Source: Candidatus Aegiribacteria sp. (GTDB lineage Bacteria > Fermentibacterota > Fermentibacteria > Fermentibacterales > JCC-6). Taken from it: 16,459 nt of DNA. The position numbers were made by a program, and so were the translations under genes. The notes beneath the pieces were generated by a model, which searched no databases, was not told the DNA's origin, and was given only the letters and a program-made list of their open reading frames with translations. Where the stretch lies: contig JAWOBF010000015.1 in assembly GCA_046498225.1 (NCBI GenBank), positions 1 through 16,459 on the forward strand, given 5' to 3'. This document shows, piece after piece, positions 16,223-16,459 of this stretch (positions within the stretch are counted from its first letter, which is position 1; every line of letters starts with the position of its first letter).

Positions 16223-16246
16223 GTGGGAGGCGCATCCTGCGCCGAT
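16223..16246 (+). repeat. REP-like palindrome GTGGGAGGCGCATCCTGCGCCGAT
   Basis: A GTGG tetranucleotide followed by the hairpin GGCGCA-TCC-TGCGCC (16229-16243), and a partial inverted partner ATCGCGCCGCAG at 16261-16272. Intergenic. Only one copy is visible. Confidence 0.35.
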
Positions 16247-16298
16247 TTCTTCTACCCGGAATCGCGCCGCAGTAGAAGGAGTAGTAACTAATCCGGGG

Positions 16299-16459
16299 TT
16301 AAGCGGACTCTACGCGTTCATTCCGTTTATCCTCGGACTCACGAATCAGGACGTCGGCAGGAATATCGAACTGCCGGTGCAAGCGCCGGATCATCCCGAT
16401 TGAAAGACTGCGCTTGCCGTTGAGTACTTCATAGACCCGGTTGCTGCGACCGATCGCAG
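16299..16459 (-). CDS. higA: HigA-like HTH antitoxin / transcriptional regulator, C-terminal part (start lies beyond the window)
   Basis: Not in the ORF track. My translation: AIGRSNRVYEVLNGKRSLSIGMIRRLHRQFDIPADVLIRESEDKRNERVESA*, with TAA at 16301-16299. This fits the 'IG...RV.EVL..KR.L...MIR.LH....IPA..LI' HigA/XRE C-terminus. Confidence 0.8.
   Translation of the reverse strand, partial: AIGRSNRVYEVLNGKRSLSIGMIRRLHRQFDIPADVLIRESEDKRNERVESA

Noticed and set aside
14847..16235. Single 462-aa ORF as a novel fusion protein
   Set aside because: Its first ~150 residues are an Arg/Gly-rich alternate frame of trpS and cross the 16177 junction. Family motifs begin only at VLFVFLDG.
16178..16304. 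Integron attC site after higA (GCTTAAC at the stop codon fits RYYYAAC)
   Set aside because: No matching GTTRRRY core or long attC-type hairpin follows before the junction. It cannot be fully excluded if the sequence is truncated.
1..16459. CRISPR array, tandem DNA repeats or DGR-type repeat pairs
   Set aside because: No regularly spaced nucleotide repeats or reverse transcriptase seen by eye. The repeats found are protein-level and degenerate.

Overview
This window does not look like one continuous genome. It reads as four unrelated pieces joined end to end, and each join cuts a gene. (A) 1-~181 (about 47% GC by hand count) is an internal fragment of a CaiB/BaiF family III CoA-transferase. 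(B) ~182-~14799 (roughly 60% GC) is a Gram-negative, FCB-group-like segment, possibly Fermentibacterota/Aegiribacteria (my impression, unverified). It holds a truncated extracellular solute-binding-domain gene, then a REC-GAF-HD-GYP c-di-GMP phosphodiesterase transcribed divergently from pilT and a small duplicated-domain gene. It ends with a tightly coupled six-gene minus-strand envelope/secretion operon: M6 metalloprotease with FG-GAP repeats and T9SS-type C-terminal domain; DUF5683-like membrane protein; HEXXH protease with C-terminal domain; small exported protein; ~1040-aa beta-barrel protein; POTRA/Omp85 protein. The DUF5683-like gene has an in-frame TAA 20 codons before its apparent natural end. 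(C) ~14800-~16177 (>70% GC) holds the 3' part of trpS and a phosphoglycerate-mutase-like metalloenzyme. (D) ~16178-16459 (about 55% GC) holds the 3' end of a HigA-like antitoxin and a palindromic, REP-like region. No rRNA, tRNA, CRISPR array or transposase was recognised.
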